A stretch of DNA of 64,000 nt, from the NCBI GenBank assembly GCA_030645735.1, contig JAUSNP010000003.1:167411-231410 (forward strand), in the 5' to 3' direction. Made by a program: the position numbers and the translations under genes. The notes under the pieces were generated by a model. That model worked only from the letters and a program-made list of their open reading frames with translations, had not been told where the DNA came from and ran no database searches. Of this stretch, positions 1 to 8,091 are shown one piece after another. This DNA is from Candidatus Moraniibacteriota bacterium (GTDB lineage: Bacteria > Patescibacteriota > Minisyncoccia > Moranbacterales > UBA2206). The first letter of the stretch is position 1. Each line of letters begins with the position of its first letter.

Positions 1-223
1 TGGCGATTTGCTCTGCAGAAACATCGTAGCCAGTGACCATGGCTCCTCTGTGCGCCAATTCCTGATCAAATAGACCGCTGCCACAGCCGACATCCAAGAC
101 TGTCTTTTGTGAGATGTCTCCCAACAGACGCAGGGCAGATGGATACTGCACAAACTGTTTAACCGGATCGGTTTTGACTAGGTCCGTATAGCTTTGGCTG
201 ATTGAGTCATAAGATGCTTTCAT
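1..223 (-). CDS. Class I SAM-dependent methyltransferase, partial (runs off window start; N-terminus at 223)
   Basis: Minus-strand ORF translating MKASYDSISQSYTDLVKTDP...KTVLDVGCGSGLFDQELAHRGAMVTGYDVS. The VLDVGCGSG motif is the glycine-rich SAM-binding motif I. Confidence 0.7.
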   Translation of the reverse strand, partial: MKASYDSISQSYTDLVKTDPVKQFVQYPSALRLLGDISQKTVLDVGCGSGLFDQELAHRGAMVTGYDVSAEQIA

Positions 224-343
224 ATCTATTCTCCATATAATTGTTAAAGAAATAAAGTTCAGTTGTATTAGCTAGCTTTCTAGCATAACGAGTTATTATA
301 CTCTTAAAAAGGCAGATAGTCAATAAGATGAATACAGTAAAAG

Positions 344-372
344 TTGACAAAGTACCTAATTAAAGCTAATAT
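344..372 (+). promoter_or_regulatory. sigma70-like promoter TTGACA-N17-TAATAT upstream of TrmB-like gene
   Basis: ttgaca at 344-349 and taatat at 367-372. A near-palindrome TGTAAATAATTTACA sits at about 393-407 as a possible operator. Confidence 0.5.
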
Positions 373-416
373 TGGTATATTGAATATATAGTGTTGTAAA
401 TAATTTACACAAAAAT

Positions 417-1136
417 ATGAAGGAAAAACAAGCATTATTGGAGTTTGGGTTGTCAGAATCAGAGGCGCAGACCTATTTGACGCTGTTTCGTTTGGGCGGA
501 GCTACGGCTTCAGTTTTGGCCAAGGAAACTGGTCTGCAAAGAACGACAGTCTATCCGATTCTCAAGTCGCTGGCTAAGAAAGGTTGCGTGTTGGTCTATT
601 TCCGCAAGAATCAGCATCACTATTATGCCCAAAAGCCAGACAAGCTGGCGAGTCTGTTTGAAAAGAAGCTGGAATTTTTCAATAGCGTGGTGCCCTTGTT
701 TGAATCGATGGACAGAAAGCAGGCGCAAGCAATCGGCGTGCGATTCATTGAAACAAAAGAGGAGTTGAGGAAATTCTATATGGACATTTTGGATGATCAC
801 AAAAGTTATCGCATCATTGGCAACGCACACACTTGGCAAAACATTGATCCGGAATTTTTTGAACAATATCGCGAGATGCGTGCAGACTTGAAAATCAAAA
901 CTCGATTGCTATTATCAGCTGATTCAAAACAAGACAATCCCACGGCCAAAGATTTGTTGCGTGAAGTTAGATTTTTGCCGGCCGAATATGAATTCAAAAG
1001 CACCATGAACATTTTCAATGACAAGGTCCTGATCATTAGTCCAGAAACATCCTCACTAGCTGTGGTCATTGCCGTGCCAGCGATGGTGGATATTTTCAAA
1101 TCAATGTTTGAGATTATTTGGAGTAATGAAAGTTAG
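417..1136 (+). CDS. TrmB-family HTH transcriptional regulator (paralog 1)
   Basis: N-terminal winged-HTH LSESEAQTYLTLFRLGGATASVLAKETGLQRTTVYPILKSLAKKG, typical of the TrmB family. Homologous to ORF 2919..3656. Confidence 0.7.
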   Translation: MKEKQALLEFGLSESEAQTYLTLFRLGGATASVLAKETGLQRTTVYPILKSLAKKGCVLVYFRKNQHHYYAQKPDKLASLFEKKLEFFNSVVPLFESMDRKQAQAIGVRFIETKEELRKFYMDILDDHKSYRIIGNAHTWQNIDPEFFEQYREMRADLKIKTRLLLSADSKQDNPTAKDLLREVRFLPAEYEFKSTMNIFNDKVLIISPETSSLAVVIAVPAMVDIFKSMFEIIWSNES

Positions 1137-1191
1137 TCATCGGTCATTAAATATGTGTCATCAGTCAACAGTAATTAGTCATCAATAGAAA

Positions 1192-1539
1192 ATGGAATAT
1201 TTAGAGTGGCTAAAAGAATTGGATCAGAAATCGCAGGGCAAGTATGTTGAGATTACTTGTCCTTTTTTTGAGGATGGGGCGTGCGCAATTTATGCTAAGC
1301 GATTTGCATGCTGTCGAAATTTTCCGCAGAGCACGGGATATTGTTCGCGTGACTTGGATTGCAAAATCATTCAAAACAAAATTGAAAACAATTCTCCAGC
1401 TTCGAGCGCGACATGTCGCGCCTGTCAAAAATCATGTTGTGAAAAAATTCTGGTGCCAGTGGGAGTTGAAATCACCAAAGAGTTCATTGAAAAATGGATG
1501 AACATTCCTTGTGAGGATTGTCGCAAGTTTTTCAAATAA
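1192..1539 (+). CDS. YkgJ/UPF0153-like cysteine-cluster (CxxCxxCC) putative Fe-S/zinc-binding protein
   Basis: 115 aa. Cys-rich motifs CPFFEDGAC, CRACQKSCC, CEDC. Confidence 0.5.
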   Translation: MEYLEWLKELDQKSQGKYVEITCPFFEDGACAIYAKRFACCRNFPQSTGYCSRDLDCKIIQNKIENNSPASSATCRACQKSCCEKILVPVGVEITKEFIEKWMNIPCEDCRKFFK

Positions 1540-1555
1540 TAATTTTTGGTAAAAT

Positions 1556-1592
1556 AAAAAGCCCCAAACTGAATGTTGTCAGTTCGGGGCTT
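1556..1592 (+). terminator. Rho-independent terminator (gccccaaactgaatgttgtcagttcggggc + T-rich)
   Basis: GC stem agccccaa/ttcggggct followed by ttt. Confidence 0.6.
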
Positions 1593-1596
1593 TGGC

Positions 1597-1645
1597 TTTT
1601 GGCAAGAAAGTTAGAATCAACTTTCTTGCCAATGTTTATCACCTC
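1597..1645. repeat. Hairpin repeat copy 1 (gcaagaaagtt-agaatcaa-ctttcttgcc + aatgtttatcacctca) at the 3' end of minus-strand gene
   Basis: Near-identical copy at 2073..2122. Both abut the stop codon of a minus-strand ORF. Confidence 0.7.
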
Positions 1646-1959
1646 ATTGCTAATCTTTTTTCAAGTAATGCCACAAATTTTTCAATGTCCTCATCGGACA
1701 TTGGGTCGATGGCGATTCTAATAAACCCCTTTGTTAATGCGAGTTCACTATTCTTGATGGAATACTCGTATGAACCAACACGTTTCATCTCGGTGAGGAC
1801 ACTTGCCGTGATTGCATCGTATGCGTATTCGGTATGGAGAGAATGCCGCAGAAAGCTATCTCCCGCAATCACTTGGTAGTGATTTCTGGGCATATGGCTC
1901 CCATCAGAAGTGATATGCATAACTTTTCCAACAAGAATCTCAACTTTTTTAGTGGTCAT
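1639..1959 (-). CDS. Hypothetical protein (cassette-like gene 1, begins MTTKK)
   Basis: 106 aa ORF with strong RBS aaaaggagaattacc-ATG. The 5' leader and 3' hairpin are shared with the neighbouring gene. Confidence 0.55.
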   Translation of the reverse strand: MTTKKVEILVGKVMHITSDGSHMPRNHYQVIAGDSFLRHSLHTEYAYDAITASVLTEMKRVGSYEYSIKNSELALTKGFIRIAIDPMSDEDIEKFVALLEKRLAMR

Positions 1960-2072
1960 GGTAATTCTCCTTTTGTAGGATTGTTGCCCGAGAGTGGGCT
2001 AAGTTTTGTGAGGTGATTGTAAAAGAACTTCTCCTATGAAACCACTAATCATTTAGTAATCTCAATGAGAGA

Positions 2073-2122
2073 GGCAAGAAAGTTAGATTCAACTTCCTTG
2101 CCAATGTTTATCACCTCACTCA
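2073..2122. repeat. Hairpin repeat copy 2
   Basis: gcaagaaagttagattcaacttccttgccaatgtttatcacctca; matches 1597..1645. Confidence 0.7.
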
Positions 2123-2542
2123 ATCTTTCTTCAGGATTGCGGCTTTACGGTCAGGGCTGATGCTAAGGTTGAGCCAGCGAAAACCATAATCCTGTTTGTC
2201 ATCAATCCAGTTCCAGTAGAGATAACGAACATGTAGGGCTTTGTCTGGGCTACAATAAATCGTGCCCCAGAAATAAACTGCCTTGTGCTTCCATTCTTCC
2301 GGAATAAACTCTGGGTGTGCCAATAAGTAATCCAGAACACAAGCGTTGAGATTAGACTGACTTTCAAGTTCTTTGCGAATCTCATTGCCCACGTCCATGC
2401 CATGCTTCTGGGCAGCTGACGTATATAATGAGATCTTTTCAATGTCCCACTGAAACTGTCCGCTCTTTTTGTGTTCCTCAATTTCCCAGCCTTTTGGGCA
2501 ATAGGGAATGGCATCACAATCGATAATATTTGTAGTGGTCAT
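2120..2542 (-). CDS. Hypothetical protein (cassette-like gene 2, begins MTTTN; ORF-track start at 2620 rejected in favour of the RBS-supported Met)
   Basis: RBS caaaggagaacaacc-ATGACCACT is nearly identical to that of gene 1639..1959. 140 aa, no recognisable domain. Confidence 0.5.
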   Translation of the reverse strand: MTTTNIIDCDAIPYCPKGWEIEEHKKSGQFQWDIEKISLYTSAAQKHGMDVGNEIRKELESQSNLNACVLDYLLAHPEFIPEEWKHKAVYFWGTIYCSPDKALHVRYLYWNWIDDKQDYGFRWLNLSISPDRKAAILKKD

Positions 2543-2837
2543 GGTTGTTCTCCTTTGCAGATGTTTGCTCAGTATTGAGCTGATTGTTTGTGAAGTGATT
2601 TTTAAAGTACTGGCTGTCATGACTCTTTTGCTGTTCTCATCATGACTACGCAGTATACCATCTTTTTGATGATTAGTCCATAGTTGATGACTGAGGCTGG
2701 TTTTTGCTCAAATCTTCGATGTTGATATTTGGCTTATTGCTTGCATTATTTGGCAGATAGTGCTATAATAATGTTGTCGTCATATTTGATGACAGTAAGT
2801 AGTGATAAGTAGGTTTTTAAGCATTTTGGCTAGGCAA

Positions 2838-2884
2838 AGGTTGAACCTTTGAGAAAGTCATGCCCGCTATAAGGTTCAACCTTG
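2838..2884. promoter_or_regulatory. Paired 13-bp palindromes AAGGTTGAACCTT ... AAGGTTCAACCTT (candidate operator) upstream of TrmB-like gene 2
   Basis: Two palindromic boxes about 34 bp apart, 35-80 bp upstream of the start at 2919. Confidence 0.45.
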
Positions 2885-2918
2885 GAATACTTGCAATGCT
2901 AAAAATTATTCAAAAAAT

Positions 2919-3656
2919 ATGCATTTAGATGAACTAATCAACGCGGGACTCTCAGAAAATGAGGCCAAAGTCTATTTGGCAGCTTTGGAATTGGGCGAAA
3001 CTAGTGTCTATCGTTTGGCCAAGAAATCAGGTGTGAAAAGAACTACCACCTATTTGGCGGTGGAGACTTTGAAAGAAAAAGGCCTGATGAGTGCCTATCA
3101 AAGCAATAGCGTCACAGTTTGCTATGCTGAAAACCCGAAAAAACTCACTTTGGTGCTGGAAGAAAAGAAAAAGGCTTTGGACAAGATCATGCCCGAGCTG
3201 TTGGCGTTCAACAATTTGATTGATAAAAAGCCCAAGATCAAATATTTTGAAGGGCGAGATTCATACAAAGAGGTTTTTATGGATATATTGAAATATTCAA
3301 ATAGTGAAACACTGATAACATTTAATGAGAACTTCTGGAATTTTGATGATTTCTTTGTGAGCTATTTTATTCCCAAGCGCAAAGAGAAAAAAATTTGGGC
3401 GCGAGCTCTTTTTCATGACAACGCTGTTTTTAGGGATCTCAAGAAAAGAGAGCAAGAACTTTTTTTGCAATGTAAACTTGTTCCAGGGGATAAATTCAAA
3501 GTCGGGATAGAGATGATTATTTATGGGAATAATAAGGTGGGATTTGTTTCATATGAAGAGGAGATGGCTATCATTATCGAAAGCCAAAAAATCCACGACA
3601 CACAAAAAAGCTTCTTTGAAACAATTTGGGGATTGTTGCCGGAAAGTAGGGTTTAG
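2919..3656 (+). CDS. TrmB-family HTH transcriptional regulator (paralog 2)
   Basis: LSENEAKVYLAALELGETSVYRLAKKSGVKRTTTYLAVETLKEKG. Same architecture as 417..1136. Confidence 0.7.
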   Translation: MHLDELINAGLSENEAKVYLAALELGETSVYRLAKKSGVKRTTTYLAVETLKEKGLMSAYQSNSVTVCYAENPKKLTLVLEEKKKALDKIMPELLAFNNLIDKKPKIKYFEGRDSYKEVFMDILKYSNSETLITFNENFWNFDDFFVSYFIPKRKEKKIWARALFHDNAVFRDLKKREQELFLQCKLVPGDKFKVGIEMIIYGNNKVGFVSYEEEMAIIIESQKIHDTQKSFFETIWGLLPESRV

Positions 3657-3721
3657 TCATCGGTCATCAGCAATCTGTCATCAAATGCGAGTGTGCTATA
3701 ATGTAGATAAGAATTATCATT

Positions 3722-4336
3722 ATGGCATCACAAATCGCGCATATTGTTTATGCGAAGAGATATTTGGAAAAGTTTCCCTCGAATGAAATTGATCGAGACG
3801 AGTTTTTGTTGGGTTGTGTTTTCCCGGACATCCGTCGCGTGGCCGAAAATCTGACGAGGAAAGACACGCACATGGCCTTTGAGCCGATTGATTTGAATTT
3901 CACAGGACTGACTTCTTTTCAAGCGGGTTGGAAGTTTCATTTATATTGCGACATGAAGCGTGAGGAAATTTTGAATCAATACGGTTTTTATAAACTGACA
4001 GCAGACAATGGCAAATTTTGGCAGTCGAGCAAAATGTTGGAAGATGAATTGTTGTATGATGTTTATAATAATTGGGAAAAGCTAGTTCATTATTTCAACA
4101 ATGCGCCAGTGGCGCAATCGCCGCAAGGAGTTTCCAAAGAATCATTTGCATTGTGGTATGCGATTGTAGCACGCTATATTGAAAAGAAGCCAGACAACAA
4201 AGCGATGCAACTTTTCATCAGTAAGCAAGCAATGTTTCAAAAAGATAGTTCGGTGATTATGAAAAAAGTTGATGAGTTGAGAAAAGATAGTCGATCGGTG
4301 GAGATATTAAAGAGAGTGGTAGAGGAAATTGTATAG
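3722..4336 (+). CDS. Hypothetical protein
   Basis: 204 aa ORF with no confident family assignment (weak resemblance to metal-dependent hydrolases). Confidence 0.45.
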   Translation: MASQIAHIVYAKRYLEKFPSNEIDRDEFLLGCVFPDIRRVAENLTRKDTHMAFEPIDLNFTGLTSFQAGWKFHLYCDMKREEILNQYGFYKLTADNGKFWQSSKMLEDELLYDVYNNWEKLVHYFNNAPVAQSPQGVSKESFALWYAIVARYIEKKPDNKAMQLFISKQAMFQKDSSVIMKKVDELRKDSRSVEILKRVVEEIV

Positions 4337-4385
4337 AAGTCCATAAAGTCAAAAGTCTATAAAGTTAAATGTTAATAAGAAATAT

Positions 4386-4679
4386 ATGCAATTAGAAGTT
4401 AAAAATATCAAGATGAGTCCGGTGATGCTTTTGAGGAGAGCGGGTTATACTTTTCAACGAAATGAAGGGCAAGAAATGAGTTTTGTGCGAGCTTTGGCTA
4501 GAGCGGGTTATCCAAGATTTCATATGTATGTATCAGTGGCGGGAGTGGATATGAAAATCAACATTCATTTGGATCAAAAGAAAGAGACCTATGGATCAGG
4601 CACTCGACATCATGGGGAATATGAGGATGATGGGGCCTTGAAAACAGAGGTTGAGAGAATCCGAGGTTTGTTGGTCTAG
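4386..4679 (+). CDS. Hypothetical protein
   Basis: 97 aa ORF in the same orientation as its neighbours. Confidence 0.35.
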   Translation: MQLEVKNIKMSPVMLLRRAGYTFQRNEGQEMSFVRALARAGYPRFHMYVSVAGVDMKINIHLDQKKETYGSGTRHHGEYEDDGALKTEVERIRGLLV

Positions 4680-4730
4680 CTATTGCCAAAGTCTGCGAAA
4701 GAGGCTAAACTAAGTTATGTATTTTGACAT

Positions 4731-4813
4731 GCCGCGGTGGTGAAATTGGTATACACGCCAGTCTTAGGAACTGGTAGGTTTATCCTGTGGGAGTTCGAGT
4801 CTCCCCCGCGGCA
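4731..4813 (+). tRNA. tRNA-Leu (anticodon TAG), long variable arm
   Basis: Acceptor gccgcgg/ccgcggc, anticodon loop cTTAGga, long variable arm, T-loop GTTCGAGTC. Confidence 0.85.
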
Positions 4814-4852
4814 CCTGACATAAAGTCCGAAGGACTACTAAATGTAAAAAGA

Positions 4853-5788
4853 ATGCAAAAAATAGTAATCGATGAAAATGGCGCTGGGGAGCGTATCGAT
4901 AAATTCCTGAAAGAGGAGTTTTTTTTGAATGTGGAAACAACGCGCGGGGATGTCATCCGCAGTATCAAGGAAGGACAAATTTTGTTGAATAATAAAAAAG
5001 TGAAACCAAGCTATATCTTGAAAGATCAAGATATAGTCATGATTGATATTCAAAAAGAAAAAGAAGAGGTGATTCCGAATAAGGATATTAAATTAGAAAT
5101 TATTTTTCAAGACAAAGATATTATTGTTATCAACAAGCCATCTGGTTTGCAAGTGCATCCAAGTGATACAGAAAAAGAAAACACCTTGGTAAATGCATTA
5201 ATAGTGGCTTTTCCTGAGATAAAGGATGTAAATGATGGATCAGAAGGCAGTTGGATGCGCCCAGGAATTGTGCATCGCTTAGACAAGGATACAAGTGGTG
5301 CAATGGTAGTGGCAAAAAATAAAAAAACTTTTGATGAATTGAAAAGACAATTTGCCGATCGAGAAATTGAAAAAAATTATGTCGCATTGGTGTATGGTCA
5401 TCTAGCGAAAAATGAAGGAGTGGTGGATCAACCAATCGCACGAGCGGCCAGTTTCAAAAAACAAAAAATAGCACGTGGCCGCACCAAGGGAATTGCTCGA
5501 CCAGCGTTGACGGAGTATAAACTGTTGAAAAGATTTGCCGAATTTGATTTTGTGGAGGCTGTGCCAAAAACTGGTCGTATGCATCAGATTCGTGTGCACA
5601 TGTCGTCCCTTGGAAATTCGATTGTGGGGGATGCAAAGTATAAGCGCCGAAACCTGATTTTGCCCGATGGTGTTTTGCGACAGTTGCTACATGCTCAAAA
5701 GCTGAAGTTCACCCTATTTGGCAAAGCTTATGCTTTTGAAGCTCCTTTGCCAGCTGATTTTGCCAAATTTATGCAAAGTCTTGACTAA
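4853..5788 (+). CDS. rluD: RluA-family 23S rRNA pseudouridine synthase (RluD-like, S4 domain + catalytic HRLDKDTSG)
   Basis: HRLDKDTSGAMVVAKN motif. ORF-track N-terminal extension (4787) overlaps the tRNA, so start was moved to MQKIV. Confidence 0.8.
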   Translation: MQKIVIDENGAGERIDKFLKEEFFLNVETTRGDVIRSIKEGQILLNNKKVKPSYILKDQDIVMIDIQKEKEEVIPNKDIKLEIIFQDKDIIVINKPSGLQVHPSDTEKENTLVNALIVAFPEIKDVNDGSEGSWMRPGIVHRLDKDTSGAMVVAKNKKTFDELKRQFADREIEKNYVALVYGHLAKNEGVVDQPIARAASFKKQKIARGRTKGIARPALTEYKLLKRFAEFDFVEAVPKTGRMHQIRVHMSSLGNSIVGDAKYKRRNLILPDGVLRQLLHAQKLKFTLFGKAYAFEAPLPADFAKFMQSLD

Positions 5789-5878
5789 AAACTAATATAA
5801 AGGTAAGATAAAAAGGCTAAAATCTCGGGTTTCGAGACTGTTTTAATTTAATAAAACTTCAGGTATAATAACAATCAT

Positions 5879-6325
5879 ATGCAAAAGAAAGTAATCGAAT
5901 TTAACAAGGAATTGAGAGGCAAGAATATGCCTGAGTTTTCAGCTGGGGATGTGGTGAAGGTGTATCGAAAGATTAAGGAAGGTGAAAAGGAGAGAATCCA
6001 AATGTTTGAAGGATTGATTATCGCTGTAAAAGGTGGTCAAAGCTCTTCTCCAACTATCACTGTGCGAAAAGTTTCCAATGGAATTGGAGTTGAATTGATT
6101 ATCCCAATTTCTTCACCAAGTATTGAAAAGATTGTGAAAGTGAAGACCGCCAAGGTTAGACGATCAAAATTGTATTATTTGCGAGGATTGACTGCGAAAA
6201 AGAGTCGTATGAAATATACTGACGCTGAAGCAGCTATCGTTCCACAGGAGACAATTGAGGCTCCAGTGGTAGCTGAGGTCGTTGAAGAAGCTCCAGTTGA
6301 GGCTGTTGCGGAAGAAGTTAAATAG
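5879..6325 (+). CDS. rplS: 50S ribosomal protein L19 with C-terminal extension
   Basis: GDVVKVYRKIKEGEKERIQMFEGLIIAVKGG...VRKVSNGIGVE...KLYYLR matches the L19 core. Confidence 0.9.
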   Translation: MQKKVIEFNKELRGKNMPEFSAGDVVKVYRKIKEGEKERIQMFEGLIIAVKGGQSSSPTITVRKVSNGIGVELIIPISSPSIEKIVKVKTAKVRRSKLYYLRGLTAKKSRMKYTDAEAAIVPQETIEAPVVAEVVEEAPVEAVAEEVK

Positions 6326-6386
6326 GGCTTCTGTAGCGAATTTGTCGTACAGGGGATTCATGTGGTATATTTAGAATAAGGTTAGC

Positions 6387-6451
6387 GTCTTCGTGGTGGA
6401 ATTCCTGCCTGCCGGCAGGCAGGGGTATACACACATGCTTGAGACGCATGG
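6387..6451 (+). pseudogene. Truncated duplicate of tRNA-Leu(GAG) 5' half (acceptor-D-anticodon arms only) carrying a 20-bp palindrome insertion in the D-loop
   Basis: gtcttcgtggtggaatt[CCTGCCTGCCGGCAGGCAGG]ggtatacacacatgcttgagacgcatgg aligns to the intact tRNA at 6480 but lacks the T-arm and 3' acceptor. Confidence 0.7.
6404..6423. repeat. GC-rich 20-bp palindrome CCTGCCTGCCGGCAGGCAGG (copy 1 of 4)
   Basis: Perfect palindrome. Other copies at 14115, 14919 and 63644. Confidence 0.85.
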
Positions 6452-6479
6452 AACCCAGACAGTATTGAAATTAAAAATT

Positions 6480-6565
6480 GTCTTCGTGGTGGAATTGGTA
6501 TACACACATGCTTGAGGTGCATGGATCGTAAGGTCGTGCGAGTTCGAGTCTCGCCGAAGGCACCA
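6480..6565 (+). tRNA. tRNA-Leu (anticodon GAG), CCA encoded
   Basis: Anticodon stem catgc/gcatg, loop tTGAGgt, long variable arm, T-loop GTTCGAGTC, 3' ...cgaaggcACCA. Confidence 0.85.
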
Positions 6566-6682
6566 CAATTGTTGGCCTGCCTGCCACATTTTCAAAACAT
6601 TATTAACTACTTCCAACAGTTAGTAATGTAATGTGGTAAAATACAGTTGAGACTAATATAATATGGTTGGAAAATGAGGCAG

Positions 6683-6754
6683 GCCTGGATAGCTCAGTGG
6701 TAGAGCAGAGGATTGAAAATCCTCGTGTCGTCAGTTCAATTCTGACTCTAGGCA
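6683..6754 (+). tRNA. tRNA-Phe (anticodon GAA)
   Basis: gcctgga acceptor, D-arm gctcagtggtagagc, anticodon loop tTGAAaa, T-loop ttcaatt. Confidence 0.85.
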
Positions 6755-6812
6755 CAAATGTGATAAAATAAAAAGAGTAAAAAAATTGGTTAGCCAACCT
6801 ACGAAAGATTAT

Positions 6813-6885
6813 GGGCAATTAGCTCAATGGCTAGAGCATCTCGATTACACCGAGAGGGTTATAGGTTCGAGTCCTATATTGCCCA
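6813..6885 (+). tRNA. tRNA-Val (anticodon TAC)
   Basis: gggcaat acceptor, anticodon loop atTACac, T-arm atagg-ttcgagt-cctat. Confidence 0.85.
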
Positions 6886-6923
6886 CACAAGACAAAATAT
6901 CGCTCTCGCCGCTTGGCGAGTAT

Positions 6924-6995
6924 GCGGGTATCGTATAGTGGTTCTTATACGTCCTTGCCAAGGATGAGATGGGGGTTCGATTCCCCCTACCCGCT
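6924..6995 (+). tRNA. tRNA-Gly (anticodon GCC)
   Basis: gcgggta acceptor, anticodon loop tTGCCaa, T-arm ggggg-ttcgatt-ccccc. Confidence 0.85.
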
Positions 6996-7008
6996 CAAAT
7001 AAACTAAA

Positions 7009-7036
7009 GAATTCTCCTAAATGGAGAATTTTTTAG
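7009..7036 (+). terminator. Rho-independent terminator after tRNA cluster
   Basis: gaattctcc-taaat-ggagaatt followed by tttttt. Confidence 0.6.
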
Positions 7037-7116
7037 TTTCATGGCTTATTTAAGCCAAAAGTACGGAGTGGCTTAATTCGCGATGGCTTATCTGAGCCAA
7101 AATTCGGTCTTTGTCT

Positions 7117-7145
7117 TTGACAGGCTGGACATTTTTTGCTATACT
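7117..7145 (+). promoter_or_regulatory. sigma70-like promoter TTGACA-N17-TATACT with extended -10 (TGC TATACT); preceded by two repeated hairpin boxes atggcttatYtRagccaaaa (7040-7100)
   Basis: Perfect -35 hexamer and tgctatact -10. The same extended -10 recurs upstream of nusA and gene 37118. Confidence 0.55.
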
Positions 7146-7210
7146 CGTTAGTCACGCTGAGATCTGGTAAAGATAGGCTTAGCATGACATTTAACAATTA
7201 AGATCAATTA

Positions 7211-7783
7211 ATGCGTATCATTAGTATGCTTGTAGCGCTACCGATGCTGTGGACAACACTTGTCCCGCAACATGCCTTGGCAGCAGAATTTGCAAACACT
7301 GATGAAACAAAAACAAATTTAGAAATACAAGTTGAAAATATCATAGCCAAAGGCATCGTTCTGGGAAATCAAGACTATTTAGGAAGAGTCCCATATAACT
7401 TTCCTGGCTATGAACCGGTCAAAACAGCTGATGAATTGAAAAGAGAGAAAGTTTTGGCTAGATATAAAGATAAGCTAGCTAAAACAATCTTTCCGAAAGG
7501 ACAATTCACAATCAACGCTTCAGCTTATACGGCCGCAGCGGATGAATGTGGCAAGTCTGACGGAATCACAGCTAGTGGTTTGAAAGTCAAAGAAAACCAC
7601 ACCATCGCTTGTCCGCCTCAGTTTCCTTTGGGAACTAAGATGAAAATTGAAGGTTATGGAACTTTTGTTTGTGAAGATCGTGGGGGTGCGATCAAAGGAA
7701 ATCACATTGATATCTACGTACAAACAAAAAAACAAGCTTTCGCGTTTGGTCGAAGAAATTTGACTGCAGAAATTGTTCTGTAA
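7211..7783 (+). CDS. Secreted 3D-domain protein (MltA/YocH-like cell-wall-binding, lytic-transglycosylase-like)
   Basis: N-terminal signal peptide. C-terminal YTAAADECGKSDGITASG...IACPPQFPLGTKMKIEG...CEDRGGAIKGNHIDIYV is the 3D (three conserved Asp) domain signature. Confidence 0.7.
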   Translation: MRIISMLVALPMLWTTLVPQHALAAEFANTDETKTNLEIQVENIIAKGIVLGNQDYLGRVPYNFPGYEPVKTADELKREKVLARYKDKLAKTIFPKGQFTINASAYTAAADECGKSDGITASGLKVKENHTIACPPQFPLGTKMKIEGYGTFVCEDRGGAIKGNHIDIYVQTKKQAFAFGRRNLTAEIVL

Positions 7784-7794
7784 GAGTAAAATAG

Positions 7795-7832
7795 CAAAAA
7801 ACACCTTGGCTCACGCTGAGGTGTTTTTTTGT
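7795..7832 (+). terminator. Rho-independent terminator
   Basis: aaaaaacaccttggctcacgctgaggtgttttttt. Confidence 0.7.
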
Positions 7833-7880
7833 TGACCGAGCAATCTATTTTTGATAAGCTGGACTAGTACCGTGATGAAT

Positions 7881-7954
7881 GGTCCGATGGCCGAGTGGTT
7901 AGGCAAGGGTCTGCAAAACCCTCTACAGCAGTTCAAATCTGCTTCGGACCTCCA
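7881..7954 (+). tRNA. tRNA-Cys (anticodon GCA), CCA encoded
   Basis: ggtccga acceptor, anticodon loop cTGCAaa, T-arm agcag-ttcaaat-ctgct, tcggacc-t-cca. Confidence 0.85.
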
Positions 7955-7965
7955 ATATTATTTAT

Positions 7966-8050
7966 GCCCGGATGGTGAAATTTGGTATACACTGGAGACT
8001 TAAAATCTCCCGGGAGCAATCCCTTGCGAGTTCGAGTCTCGCTCCGGGCA
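7966..8050 (+). tRNA. tRNA-Leu (anticodon TAA), long variable arm
   Basis: gcccgga acceptor, anticodon loop cTTAAaa, variable arm cgggagcaatcccttgc, T-loop gttcgagtc. Confidence 0.85.
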
Positions 8051-8091
8051 CCTAGTAACATAACTTTAGTCCAATTAAAAAAAGAATCATT

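Noticed and set aside
510-1099. Minus-strand ORFs 510..866 and 806..1099 inside the TrmB-like gene, and many similar 60-160 aa antisense or overlapping ORFs in the track (e.g. within infB 12277-13827, rpoB 38617-41218, rpoC 41859-45327, ftsK 46602-48038, recA 50121-50990)
   Set aside because: They lie antisense to or out of frame with long, well-supported conserved genes, have low-complexity composition and no RBS. Treated as chance ORFs.
4787-4852. N-terminal extension of the RluD-like ORF (MGVRVSPAAPDIKSEGLLNVKR)
   Set aside because: It overlaps the 3' half of tRNA-Leu(TAG) at 4731-4813. The conserved pseudouridine-synthase sequence begins at MQKIV (4853).
6371-6818. Minus-strand ORFs 6371..6616 and 6603..6818
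   Set aside because: They run across the tRNA-Leu/Phe/Val cluster. tRNA structure explains the region.
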